Positions 26,686 to 36,347 of a stretch of DNA of 64,000 nucleotides are shown in pieces. The stretch comes from a bacterium (lineage in GTDB: Bacteria > Patescibacteriota > Patescibacteriia > HK-STAS-PATE-3): NCBI GenBank assembly GCA_043800725.1, contig JAZDMR010000015.1:4065-68064 (forward strand), given 5' to 3'. Numbering within the stretch: the first letter of the stretch is position 1; every line of letters starts with the position of its first letter. The notes below the pieces were generated by a model. The model did not search any database and was not told the DNA's origin. It saw nothing but the letters and a program-made list of their open reading frames with translations. Made by a program: the position numbers and the translations under genes.

Positions 26686-27955
26686 GCGCAAGGCATTAAA
26701 TAACAGCGAGCGCGTGTATTCGGTGCATGAACTTGTTATTGGCGTGAGCGAGTTGTTAAGGCAAGCGATTGGCCGGGTCACTGTCCAGGGCGAAATCAGC
26801 GATTATCGCGATCGATCTTCCAATCTGGTTTTTTTCCAGATAAAAGATGCCAAAAGCACCATGCTCTGTTTTGCCATGGATTGGGAAATCACAACCCCGA
26901 TTGAGGACGGCATGGAAGTTCAAGTGACCGGCTATCCGGCCTTGTTTCAAAAGCGGGGCAGCTTTCATTTTCGCGTGTCGGAAATTAAGCCGGTAGGCGA
27001 AGGCGCATTATTAAAGTCCCTGGAAAAGCTCAAAGCCAAATTAAAAGACCAAGGCCTGTTTGAAGAGTCTCGCAAGCGGCCCCTGCCCAAGTTTCCCGAA
27101 CGCGTGGGTTTGATCACTTCGCCGGACGCTGCTGCCTACAATGACGTTTTACGAGTCTTGCAAAATCGCTGGAGCGGATTAAAAATATTGTTTCAGCCAA
27201 CCTCTGTGCAAGGTGCTGGCTCGGCTCAGCAAATTGCCAGAGCCATCAGTAGCTTTAAAAAAGGTGATGCTGACGTGGTGATACTGACTCGGGGCGGGGG
27301 ATCACTGGAAGACCTTCAGTCGTTTAATGACGAAGGTGTGGCCCGAGCCATTTTTGCTTCGGAAATCCCCGTTGTCTGCGGAGTGGGGCATGAGCGCGAT
27401 TGGACAATTGCCGACCTGGTTTCGGATAAACGAGCCGCTACTCCATCAAATGCCGCTGAGCTGATTGTGCCGGATCGCCAAGAAGTCAGCTTTGCCATTG
27501 AGGCGATGCTGGAAACAATTGACAGCTCCTGGCTAAGGCAAATAAATGACGCTGATCAGCAAATTGATTCAGCTGTTAATTCACTAATACAATCGATTCA
27601 ATATCAATCTCAAGAGTTGAAAGAGTTGCTGTCGAGTTTTGATGCTTTGGGCAGCAGGCTGTTTAAACAGATTACTAATCAGGAACAGCAAATAAATTCT
27701 CAAGCCTATCATTTAAACAGCGGCATTCAAGGTGTTATAAATCACTGGCAAATTGCCTTATCGCATCAAACAAAGATGTTAAACAATCTGTCGCCTCAGT
27801 TCACTTTAAACAGAGGCTATAGCATCACGCGCCTTAATAAAAAATCTTTAAAAAACGTTTCTGCCTTAAAGCAAGGCCAAACAGTGGAAACCACTTTAGC
27901 CCAAGGCAAATTCACCTCAAAAGTAACCAATAAAAAACAGCATGAAAAAAACTAA
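26660..27955 (+). CDS. xseA: Exodeoxyribonuclease VII large subunit
   Basis: N-terminal OB-fold (VTVQGEISDYRDRSSNLVFFQIKDAKSTMLCFAM), a central catalytic region (GLITSPDAAAYNDVLRVL...VVILTRGGGSLEDLQSFNDE) and a long C-terminal coiled coil. It is followed by xseB. Confidence 0.8.
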   Translation: MSIRIMTSKRKALNNSERVYSVHELVIGVSELLRQAIGRVTVQGEISDYRDRSSNLVFFQIKDAKSTMLCFAMDWEITTPIEDGMEVQVTGYPALFQKRGSFHFRVSEIKPVGEGALLKSLEKLKAKLKDQGLFEESRKRPLPKFPERVGLITSPDAAAYNDVLRVLQNRWSGLKILFQPTSVQGAGSAQQIARAISSFKKGDADVVILTRGGGSLEDLQSFNDEGVARAIFASEIPVVCGVGHERDWTIADLVSDKRAATPSNAAELIVPDRQEVSFAIEAMLETIDSSWLRQINDADQQIDSAVNSLIQSIQYQSQELKELLSSFDALGSRLFKQITNQEQQINSQAYHLNSGIQGVINHWQIALSHQTKMLNNLSPQFTLNRGYSITRLNKKSLKNVSALKQGQTVETTLAQGKFTSKVTNKKQHEKN

Positions 27956-28163
27956 CCCTTCAAAAAAATCCGGTCAAAGCTTTCACCAGGCTTTTACCGA
28001 GCTGCAAAAAATCACTGAGCAGTTTGAGCGAGATGATTTAGACTTAGAGCTTGCCATGAAGCAGTATGAAAAAGGACTGGATCTGTCCAAGCAGCTAAAA
28101 GCCCGCTTAAAGCAGATGTCCAACACAGTGGAGGAAATGAAGAAAAAACAGCAGACCCGGTAA
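27942..28163 (+). CDS. xseB: Exodeoxyribonuclease VII small subunit
   Basis: 73 aa helical protein (FHQAFTELQKITEQFERDDLDLELAMKQYEKGLDLSKQLKARL), overlapping the xseA stop. Confidence 0.75.
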   Translation: MKKTNPSKKSGQSFHQAFTELQKITEQFERDDLDLELAMKQYEKGLDLSKQLKARLKQMSNTVEEMKKKQQTR

Positions 28164-28430
28164 GTCTAAAAGCATAGCTGATTCGTCTCCCACAGCAGTC
28201 TTGTTACTATCGCGAGATTGCTTAATCCCGAAGTCCGGTGACGCCGGATTCGCGATTCGTAATGACTTAAGGGGGTCAGCTATACGCAGCGGTCTGCTTC
28301 GGCTATTGTATTAAATTTAGATACTGAACCCATGGACTCCATTGACGAGCGCAAATAATACTGGTAAACTGGTTGCGTAAAAAAAATCAAAACAACATAA
28401 CCCTAAATAGCAAACTAAACATTATAAACA

Positions 28431-29042
28431 ATGACAAACGGAAATAAACTTAATATAATAAAACAATTGATTGAATCTGCTGAACAGAGCCTGATTCGCG
28501 CCAAGGCTCTGCTTAATGATGATTCCGATGAGGTGATGGATGTGAGCAAGGATATGATTGAAAAGGCCAGGGAAGTGGGAAAAATCTCAGTAGAGGATAA
28601 TATTAAAATCATTGAGGGTATTTTTGACGGCCAGAATATGATTGGTCCGGACGGCAAGCAATACTCAGTCCCAGCGAATTATGCTTCAAAATCCAAGCTG
28701 GTAGAAGGCGACCGGCTAAAGCTGACCATTATGCCCGATGGCTCGTTTGTATATAAGCAAATCGGCCCAATAGACAGAAACCGGCTGATTGGATCACTAA
28801 TCAGAGACGAAACAACGAATGAGTTTATGGTAGTGACCTCTAATAAAACCTATAAAGTGCTGCTGGCCAGCATTACTTATTTCAAAGGCGATGCCGGCGA
28901 TGAAGTGGTAATTCTGGTGCCTAAAGACCATCAAACTCAATGGGCTGCCGTGGAAAATATTATAAAAAAGACTAGTGGGACAGAAATTACTTCAGATCGG
29001 CCAGATACTGAATCAGCAGATGAGCCGGATGATTTAGATTAA
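28431..29042 (+). CDS. Hypothetical protein with an acidic C-terminus
   Basis: 203 aa, no family recognised. An upstream TTGACG-17-TAAACT promoter-like element lies at about 28346-28375. Confidence 0.35.
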   Translation: MTNGNKLNIIKQLIESAEQSLIRAKALLNDDSDEVMDVSKDMIEKAREVGKISVEDNIKIIEGIFDGQNMIGPDGKQYSVPANYASKSKLVEGDRLKLTIMPDGSFVYKQIGPIDRNRLIGSLIRDETTNEFMVVTSNKTYKVLLASITYFKGDAGDEVVILVPKDHQTQWAAVENIIKKTSGTEITSDRPDTESADEPDDLD

Positions 29043-29120
29043 ATTACGCATAAAATAAAGATAAAGTTTGCCAGTCTGTCCCTGATCAGCTAGAATGGGG
29101 CTGGTTTAGCCATAGAAATA

Positions 29121-30701
29121 ATGACTGAAAATAACTCAACAATTTCTTTGTCGCGCAAATATCGCCCTCAAAACTTTTCTGATTTAGTTAATCAAAAACA
29201 TGTCCGGGTCACTTTGGAGCAGGAGATAAAAAATAATCGTATCACCCACGCCTATCTTTTTACCGGACCGCGCGGGGTGGGTAAAACAACTACGGCGAGA
29301 ATATTTGCCAGACAGGTGAATATTGATTCAAAGACCAAGAAGCCTGTTGAGGGCTGGGATTTTGATTTGGTGGAATTGGATGCCGCCTCACATACCCAGG
29401 TTGATAATGTCCGGGAAAATATCATTCCCAACGCTCGCACCAAGCCCTCGCGCGCCAAGTTCAAGGTTTTTATTATCGACGAAGTGCACATGCTATCATT
29501 ATCGGCTTTTAACGCACTACTCAAGATAATTGAAGAGCCGCCTGACTATATTGTGTTCATCTTGGTTACCACGGATGTTCACAGAGTTCCGGAAACAATA
29601 ATTTCGCGCTGCCAAAGGTTTGATTTTCACAGAGTGGAGGAAGGGGATTTAGTTGTTCGGCTTAAAAAGCTGGCTGATTTAGAAAAGATCAAGATCAGCG
29701 AATCCGTGCTTATTAATATTGCAGAGCTGGCAGACGGCTCTGTCCGAGACGCCGAAAGCTTTTTAGGCCAGATATTTTCATTAGGCGAAAAAGAGGTAAG
29801 TGAGGAAGTTGCCGGATTGGTCCTGCCCAAGCGGGACCGTACTAGGTCGCTTGAGTATTTAAACAGCCTGTCCCAAAAAGATGCCAAACAGGCGATTGAA
29901 TCGGTCAACAAAGCGATTGAAGCAGGTACTACTACCCAGAGGTTTTATGCCGATTTGATTTTACTGACCAGGCAGGCTATATTTCAGGCTATTGAAAAGA
30001 CCAAAACGAATCAGGACAAGCGGATTGTGGAATTAGCAGAAAACAATAGCCTGGTTTGGTTAAGCAAAGTTTTGCGCGGTTTGGTTGAATTAGAGCCCTT
30101 GTTTAAATCGGCCTATGTGCCGCAGCTGCCCTTGGAGCTGTTTGCCGTAGAGATTATTAATCCTGACCAGGAAGCTCCCCTTGCTAAGCCCTCCACGCCA
30201 ACCACAATGCCGATTAAAGATCCAAAACCTGAGCCAGTTGGTAAAACTGAAACCGAGACTTCATCCGGTAAGGTAGAAAATCCTGAATCAACAACTCGTG
30301 TTAAATCTGATAACTCCTTGGTTAACTTGGACCAGCTATGGAGCAATTTATTGATCAAAGCCAAAGAATCAAACCATGGGTTGGCAGTGATGCTGAATGC
30401 TTGCCAACCGCAGGCCATATCCGGAAATCAACTGAGAATCCAAAGCAAGTTTGCTTTCCACAAGGATCAAATAAATAACATGAAGAATCGAAAGTTATTG
30501 GAATCGCTGGTTTCAGAAATCGCTGGTCGGGTAATTAAGGTCGAATGCGTTTTGGGAAATAGCCAGGAAGTTTCAGCGCCGGCATCAGCCGAGAGCGTTG
30601 AGGTAAAACAGGCAAAAACCATGCAAAAACCAAGCAAGACCGAGCAAGGCAAAGATTCAAACAAGTCCACCTGGGACAAGGTCTTGCAGGCTTTTGGCTA
30701 A
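29121..30701 (+). CDS. dnaX: DNA polymerase III subunit gamma/tau (clamp-loader ATPase)
   Basis: YRPQNFSDLVNQKHV, Walker A GPRGVGKTT, Walker B/DExx IIDEVHMLS, the SRC motif TIISRCQRFDF, and a Pro/Thr-rich C-terminus. Confidence 0.85.
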   Translation: MTENNSTISLSRKYRPQNFSDLVNQKHVRVTLEQEIKNNRITHAYLFTGPRGVGKTTTARIFARQVNIDSKTKKPVEGWDFDLVELDAASHTQVDNVRENIIPNARTKPSRAKFKVFIIDEVHMLSLSAFNALLKIIEEPPDYIVFILVTTDVHRVPETIISRCQRFDFHRVEEGDLVVRLKKLADLEKIKISESVLINIAELADGSVRDAESFLGQIFSLGEKEVSEEVAGLVLPKRDRTRSLEYLNSLSQKDAKQAIESVNKAIEAGTTTQRFYADLILLTRQAIFQAIEKTKTNQDKRIVELAENNSLVWLSKVLRGLVELEPLFKSAYVPQLPLELFAVEIINPDQEAPLAKPSTPTTMPIKDPKPEPVGKTETETSSGKVENPESTTRVKSDNSLVNLDQLWSNLLIKAKESNHGLAVMLNACQPQAISGNQLRIQSKFAFHKDQINNMKNRKLLESLVSEIAGRVIKVECVLGNSQEVSAPASAESVEVKQAKTMQKPSKTEQGKDSNKSTWDKVLQAFG

Positions 30702-30722
30702 TGCTCTAAATTACCTTTCACA

Positions 30723-30796
30723 TTGCGGGATCGTCTAGTGGTAGGACATCAGGTTCTGGACCTGAGTACGGGGGTTCGAATCCCTCTCCCGCAGCC
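30723..30796 (+). tRNA. tRNA-Gln (anticodon CUG), CCA encoded
   Basis: The cloverleaf was built by hand. Acceptor TGCGGGA/TCCCGCA (7 bp), D-arm GTCT/GGAC, anticodon stem TCAGG/CCTGA with loop TTCTGGA (CTG at positions 34-36), T-arm GGGGG-TTCGAAT-CCCTC, discriminator G, then CCA. Confidence 0.85.
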
Positions 30797-30949
30797 AGTG
30801 TAGCGGGTGACGAATAGGAGCATCCTAAATAAGAGGCCAACAAAGCGGCTGGCGCGTTATATAATTAACCCACGGACTAAAGTCCCTTCCACCGGCACTT
30901 AAGTGCCGTCTTTGGGTCAGTTCCAAAGACCCGGCTTCAGCTGGGGTAT

Positions 30950-30973
30950 GCAAGCTTTAGCTTGCTTATTTCC
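30950..30973 (+). terminator. Rho-independent terminator (GCAAGC-TTTA-GCTTGC + TTATTTCC) downstream of tRNA-Gln
   Basis: A perfect 6-bp stem with a tetraloop and a T-rich tail. It is preceded by three further perfect hairpins. Confidence 0.5.
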
Positions 30974-31056
30974 TTAACTTAAGCTATTGACTTGCCAATA
31001 ATCATCATGCTTAGATGATGTTGGTTTTTTGAAAACTCGCACATAAGGAGGGTCGC

Positions 31057-31494
31057 ATGAAACCTAGATTGTTATACTGTATCAGTATATACATTATTGG
31101 CCTTGTTTTGATCGCGTTTACTATTGGGTGTAGTGACAAGATAAGTAGTTTGCCGGAGCCGGACAAGACAGCTGTGAAAAATGGTAGAATCGTGGCTGAA
31201 CGATTTAGTCGCTGGATTGCAGAACATAATGTTTATCCATATAGCGATAGCTTAATTCAAGCAATTGCTTTCAGTGAAAGTAAAATTCCAAACGTTCTTG
31301 TTGAAGGCAGAGAAATGCACTTTTGCAATATGGCGATAAATGCAGGGCCTGGGGATCTTATCTGGATTCTAATAGGGGGTGATCATGAAAGGGGATCGCC
31401 CTTTGCCTTTGATATGAGGTGCAATCTTGGAAGAGTTGAGTACTCGATTTATTTAAACGATCCAGAAATCATCAATATTAAGTATAGGTTTTAA
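31057..31494 (+). CDS. Putative lipoprotein, hypothetical
   Basis: Signal peptide with a lipobox-like FTIGCSD. The RBS is AAGGAGGG. Confidence 0.4.
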   Translation: MKPRLLYCISIYIIGLVLIAFTIGCSDKISSLPEPDKTAVKNGRIVAERFSRWIAEHNVYPYSDSLIQAIAFSESKIPNVLVEGREMHFCNMAINAGPGDLIWILIGGDHERGSPFAFDMRCNLGRVEYSIYLNDPEIINIKYRF

Positions 31495-31729
31495 TATTTC
31501 AAGCCGACTGTGCAACGCACCTTATTCAAGTGTTCCTCACGGTTTATCCTGGGGAACACTTTTTGTGTTCAGTCCTTGGCAGGGAACTTTTTAAATAACA
31601 CGTCAAGGGGATTGACCCTGCTAAGGGTAGCTTTGAACCAGGTTGACAAAAATTTTTATTAATGAAACGCTTAACTTACAATCAAGATAAAAATAAAATT
31701 TAGTACTAATCGTAACAGGGGAGGTTAGT

Positions 31730-32191
31730 ATGATTAAACATCTACGAATTGCCCAAGAACTGCCTCAATTTAAAGATGAGCCGGCTTTATTAATTGTTAC
31801 TGGCAAGCAAGCTTTGCAGATTTATCAGGCGGTGAACGGTGAAATAAAAAGCATTCTGTCCTATGAGATGAAAATGCCGAATTATTCTGATTTGGAAAGT
31901 TTTGTCAGCCACAGTGCCGGCGGAATCAAGCGAGCCAAAGACAGCATTGTGGTGCAAAATTTCTTAAAACAGCTAAACGGCAGCGTCCGGGACATTCTGT
32001 CGCGAACCAAGATAAGCTGTACCTATTTATACAGCCCAAATTATATGATGAATAAAGTGACGGCTGCCTTGCCAAAATCTGTTAGGAAGACTATTAAAAC
32101 GACATTTTCCGGAAATTATAAAAATTTTCATCCCTTCCATTTATTACGCATGGTTCAGAGATCTCAGTTAAAGTTTAATTGGACAATATAG
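31730..32191 (+). CDS. Hypothetical protein
   Basis: 153 aa with the RBS GGGGAGG. No family recognised. Confidence 0.35.
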   Translation: MIKHLRIAQELPQFKDEPALLIVTGKQALQIYQAVNGEIKSILSYEMKMPNYSDLESFVSHSAGGIKRAKDSIVVQNFLKQLNGSVRDILSRTKISCTYLYSPNYMMNKVTAALPKSVRKTIKTTFSGNYKNFHPFHLLRMVQRSQLKFNWTI

Positions 32192-32345
32192 GCTAATAAC
32201 CAATAAATCTCCCTTTGAGAGATCTCTCGCAGGGAGAAAATAATCAAATATTAAAAGGTAATCAGGCGTTATTTGGTGTTTTAATATAGATCTAGCCAAG
32301 GCGTATAAAAAATTGTACAATATAATTAAGTTTTATAAATAATTA

Positions 32346-33665
32346 ATGGAGATTATTCCCATGTTTGACTCTCCCCAGCCTATTTCACCACAAAGTCCTA
32401 ATTTTCAGCCACCCCCGCCCAAGGAACCGATACCTGAGCCTGATCCCGCAGCACCTGTCCAGCCTGATCCTTTAGCTCCCAGTCCGTTTTCAGCACAGGA
32501 GACTAGATCCCCGATTAACTCATCAGCTTCTATCCCGGCTGCTGATATGCTTATCCCAGAACCGAACACTCTGCCAAGAACACCTGGAATTCCGCCTTCC
32601 CACACAAGCCCTCAACTATCAACAAATTTTCCTAATTCGGAGCATCATTCGTCAAAACACCGTTTAATAGTTTTTTTGATAATTTTAGCGGTAGTTATCA
32701 TAGGAGGGGGAGGAGCGGCATATTTTCTTCTGCAGAGCAATATTACTGAAAATGACAATGAAAATATCAACGAAAATGCCAATACCGCAAATCTGAACCA
32801 GAATTCAAATGCCAATATCAACACAAACGTAGCAATCAATCAAAACACCAGCCAAACTCAAAATCTGGTTTATACTGATACGCAGTATGGTTTTACCATT
32901 GAATATCCCAACAACTGGACCGTAGATACCGCCACCCAAGGCGTATTGGTGAGCTTTACCGCTCCTGAAAATGAATACGGAAGTGTTTCGGCTGTTGGCC
33001 TAGCAATTACCTGGGAAGATCGCGATAATCTAATCACCCACGTAGCTGATTTGCTGGAATCAGCTGAGGATAATTCAAGCATGGAATTTACTCTAGAAGA
33101 TGAGGTAATTACCACGGTTGATTCTTTATCGACTACCGCCAGAATCGGTGAACTGACAGATACAAGATTAACTTACCCAATCATGATCTATCATACCGGA
33201 GCAATATATTCCGATGCCCAGGTGAGAATAGCCGGTACGGCCATGTTGCCAAATTCCGGCGATTGGGAGGATCTGAAGCAAATATTTAACAGGATAGCCA
33301 GCTCGTTTGATCGAACTTCAAATCCGGCTGTTAACCAAAATATCAATGCCAACTCTTCAACCAATGGTAATGCCAATATTACTATTAATACCAACGCTTC
33401 AAATACCAACACTGTTGCCAATAAAAATACTAATCAATCAAGCGCTCTGAATGACGCTGATGGAGACAATCTGACTGATTCCCAAGAAACAGCCTATGGC
33501 ACTAATCCAGATAAGGCTGATACAGACGATGACGGACTAAATGACTTTAGGGAGATATTTATCTATAATACTGATCCTTTAGATGAGGACTCTGACGGTG
33601 ACACTTATTTGGATGGCGAAGAAGTGGAAAACGGTTATGATCCCAATGGCTCAGGAACTCTTTAG
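32346..33665 (+). CDS. Membrane-anchored surface protein: Pro-rich N-terminus, TM, Asn-rich linkers, PsbP/Mog1-like domain, C-terminal thrombospondin type-3-like Ca-binding repeats
   Basis: TM helix LIVFLIILAVVIIGGGGAAYFLL. The central domain begins YTDTQYGFTIEYPNNWTV (PsbP-like). The C-terminus reads DADGDNLTDSQE...DTDDDGLNDFREIFIYNTDPLDEDSDGDTYLDGEEVENGYDPNGSG (DxDxDG repeats). Confidence 0.5.
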   Translation: MEIIPMFDSPQPISPQSPNFQPPPPKEPIPEPDPAAPVQPDPLAPSPFSAQETRSPINSSASIPAADMLIPEPNTLPRTPGIPPSHTSPQLSTNFPNSEHHSSKHRLIVFLIILAVVIIGGGGAAYFLLQSNITENDNENINENANTANLNQNSNANINTNVAINQNTSQTQNLVYTDTQYGFTIEYPNNWTVDTATQGVLVSFTAPENEYGSVSAVGLAITWEDRDNLITHVADLLESAEDNSSMEFTLEDEVITTVDSLSTTARIGELTDTRLTYPIMIYHTGAIYSDAQVRIAGTAMLPNSGDWEDLKQIFNRIASSFDRTSNPAVNQNINANSSTNGNANITINTNASNTNTVANKNTNQSSALNDADGDNLTDSQETAYGTNPDKADTDDDGLNDFREIFIYNTDPLDEDSDGDTYLDGEEVENGYDPNGSGTL

Positions 33666-33679
33666 CAAGAATATTAACT

Positions 33680-34294
33680 ATGCCTGAGCAGGATAATATT
33701 TCATCCCGCAATTTAGCGAATAAGTATTTATCTGACTCAGAAGACATTTCAGCGGAGTTGGATACTAAAATAACCGTTAGTTCGAAAATGGCTTATTCAC
33801 CAAAATTTGCCGTAATTACCGTGCTAAGTATAGTAATTATTACTGGCTTGGTGTTACTTTTAATTCCTGAAAAAAATACCAGCACCACGGACCAAACGTC
33901 AAATTCAATTGCTGATTCTTTAAAAGGTTCGATTCAATCGTTGCTGCCCGAGCCAAGTTTAGATGAATTAAATGAGCTGCCCGCTAGTTTGGAAAACTCT
34001 CGGTCCTCAGGCCTAATTAAACGAGCTGATAATCAACCAGAAGCCAGTCAATCATCCGTCTCCACAGATCAGGATCTTTTTCAGGCAGACAGTGACGCGG
34101 ATGGCTTATTGGATCGTTTGGAAGCCAGATATAAGACCGATCCGCAGAAAACAGATACAGATAATGACGGCCTGAGTGATTTACTGGAAATTTATGTCCA
34201 TAAAACTGATCCCCTGGCTGCTGATACAGATAATGACGGTTATTCGGATCAGCAAGAGGTTGACAGTGGCTATAACCCCAACGGGCCCGGATAA
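33680..34294 (+). CDS. Membrane-anchored protein with a paralogous C-terminal TSP3-like Ca-binding repeat domain
   Basis: TM helix (FAVITVLSIVIITGLVLLLI). The C-terminus DSDADGLLDRLEARYKTDPQKTDTDNDGLSDLLEIYVHKTDPLAADTDNDGYSDQQEVDSGYNPNGPG is alignable to the C-terminus of the upstream gene. Confidence 0.5.
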   Translation: MPEQDNISSRNLANKYLSDSEDISAELDTKITVSSKMAYSPKFAVITVLSIVIITGLVLLLIPEKNTSTTDQTSNSIADSLKGSIQSLLPEPSLDELNELPASLENSRSSGLIKRADNQPEASQSSVSTDQDLFQADSDADGLLDRLEARYKTDPQKTDTDNDGLSDLLEIYVHKTDPLAADTDNDGYSDQQEVDSGYNPNGPG

Positions 34295-34319
34295 TCCATA
34301 TTTGTAATGTTTATTACTA

Positions 34320-35078
34320 ATGCATAACCGATTAGCGCCTTATCTATTAACCATATTTTCTTTGGTTGGATTGACAATTATTCAATTTCAGCCTCAGCGA
34401 TTATTTGTGGTTGGTGGAATTTTACTGTTTTTAGTGATTGGCTTTTTTTATCTAGGGTCAGGCCAAAAGATTATCCAGCAGTATTTTTGGGTGATGCTGG
34501 TTCCTCCGCTGTGGCTTATTTTAAGCAGCATCAGCCTGATAATAATAGCTGAGTCGGAAATATTTCGTTGGATGTTGGCTGTTTTTACTCCGTTTGTTTT
34601 GGGCTTTTATCTCAAGCAGATATATATATATAACTATAATCCCGAGCAATATCAGCCCTATGCTTTGGAGAATTTATCAGTCTCAATAAATATATTCGTT
34701 GTTTTTCTGGCTGCTAGCAGCTTATTTGGCTTAAAGCTGTTTTTAGGATTAAATTTGTCGGTAATCTGGGTGATATTTTTTGTGGTTTCTCTAACTTTGG
34801 CTTATCAGACTTTTTGGGTGCATAAATTAAAGTTACAGCAGATGATCTGGTGGCTTATTGCGGTGGTGGCGTTATTAATGCAATTATTCGTAAGTATGGG
34901 ATTTTTGCCCGTACAATACATTGTTAGCGGTTTAATGGTGGCGATTGCCTTTTATCTGCTTATCGGATTAAGCCGGCTGGTTATTCGTCAAGCTTTCCGA
35001 CGGAGACTAGTTGCCCAGCAAATAATATTATCCTCAGTATTAACCTTAATTATATTAATAACTGCTCGTTGGATATAA
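34320..35078 (+). CDS. Polytopic membrane protein (about 8 TM), hypothetical
   Basis: Hydrophobic throughout. No family recognised. Confidence 0.4.
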   Translation: MHNRLAPYLLTIFSLVGLTIIQFQPQRLFVVGGILLFLVIGFFYLGSGQKIIQQYFWVMLVPPLWLILSSISLIIIAESEIFRWMLAVFTPFVLGFYLKQIYIYNYNPEQYQPYALENLSVSINIFVVFLAASSLFGLKLFLGLNLSVIWVIFFVVSLTLAYQTFWVHKLKLQQMIWWLIAVVALLMQLFVSMGFLPVQYIVSGLMVAIAFYLLIGLSRLVIRQAFRRRLVAQQIILSSVLTLIILITARWI

Positions 35079-35081
35079 CTT

Positions 35082-36347
35082 ATGAAACCTAAAATCGCCC
35101 CGACTTCACCAAAATATCAAGTTGAAAATTCAGTAGATGATTTATACCGCAGAGATGAACAAAAATCATTTCAGCAGCCGTCTGTCAGGGCAAGATGGCT
35201 GCCCACAGTATTATTTTCAGTTTTGTTCGGCTTATTGGCGGGGGCAGCCGGAATGGTCACTTTAAATAGTTTATACCAACAGAACTCTCAATGGCCGGCT
35301 TGGCGCTGGATTGGGATAACCAGTGAACTTCGCCCGGAGCGAGAAGTGATAATACGGGAAGCGGGCAGCATTGAAAGAGTTGACCAAGAAAGGCAAGAAA
35401 CCTACGATCGTGTCTCAGCAATGCTGGTCAGCATTTACCAATCATCTGCTGACAGCTCGGCCCCCTTAAACCAACGAGTGGTATCCCAGGAAGCATATTT
35501 AGGGACTGGAGTTTTAGCTACCGAGGACGGCTTAGTGGTATTGGATTCATCCTTGATATCAAATAGCCAGCATGATTATCTTGCTGTAACAAATTCAGGC
35601 CAAACCTATCCATTAAATTTAGTTGCCACTGATCCGTTGAGCGATTTGGGGCTTGGGCAGATAAAGGGTAGCGGTTTTCCGGTTGTCGCCTTTGTAGTGG
35701 AGTCTGATCTGCAAATAGGCCAGGAACTATTAGCCTTGAATTCAAATAATCTGGCCGGTCCACCCAGTCTTTGGACTTCATCGTTGAGCAGCATAAACTC
35801 ATTACCTGAATTATTGCGAGGGGCGCCGGAATCCAGCGATTCACTGGATCGATCAATTCAATTGTCTGATAGCCATCAACCATGGGCGGCGGGGACGATT
35901 GTGATTGATATGGACGGTGCCATGGTTGGTATGAAGGTGGGCGAACTGGATGATAACTTAATATTTCCCGTAAGGTATATCCGGACTGCCCTGCAAAGCT
36001 ATTTACAGAATCAAGAAATTGAGCGGCCCCAGCTAGGCGTTACTGCGTATGATTTATCGGCAACAGTAGGATTGCTTGATAGTGAAACGAATAAAAGATC
36101 AGCCGGCGCCCTCTTGGCGGCAGGCCAGGACCTTCAGTCTTCCGCGGTAATGGCTAATTCAACAGCTCAGGAAATGGGCTTGGCAGAAGGCGACATTATC
36201 ATAAAAATAAATGATCAAGAAATTACCGTAGAACGCAGTTTGGCGGGTATTATTCAGTCTTTTGAAGTGGGCAGTGAGGTAAATGTTGTTTATCTGCGCG
36301 ATGGCATTGAGCTAAAAGCCGAAGGAGTTTTAGGAAACGCCCTATGA
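35082..36347 (+). CDS. HtrA-like trypsin-fold + PDZ protein with an apparently degenerate catalytic triad (candidate pseudoprotease)
   Basis: N-terminal TM. The core GTGVLATEDGLVVLDSSLI...LVATDPLSDLGLGQI parallels HtrA GSGFIIS.DGYILTNNHVV...VVG.DP.TDLAVLKI, but His is replaced by Leu/Ser. The GNSGGP serine motif is replaced by AAGTIVID. A C-terminal PDZ is present (GLAEGDIIIKINDQEI). Confidence 0.4.
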   Translation: MKPKIAPTSPKYQVENSVDDLYRRDEQKSFQQPSVRARWLPTVLFSVLFGLLAGAAGMVTLNSLYQQNSQWPAWRWIGITSELRPEREVIIREAGSIERVDQERQETYDRVSAMLVSIYQSSADSSAPLNQRVVSQEAYLGTGVLATEDGLVVLDSSLISNSQHDYLAVTNSGQTYPLNLVATDPLSDLGLGQIKGSGFPVVAFVVESDLQIGQELLALNSNNLAGPPSLWTSSLSSINSLPELLRGAPESSDSLDRSIQLSDSHQPWAAGTIVIDMDGAMVGMKVGELDDNLIFPVRYIRTALQSYLQNQEIERPQLGVTAYDLSATVGLLDSETNKRSAGALLAAGQDLQSSAVMANSTAQEMGLAEGDIIIKINDQEITVERSLAGIIQSFEVGSEVNVVYLRDGIELKAEGVLGNAL

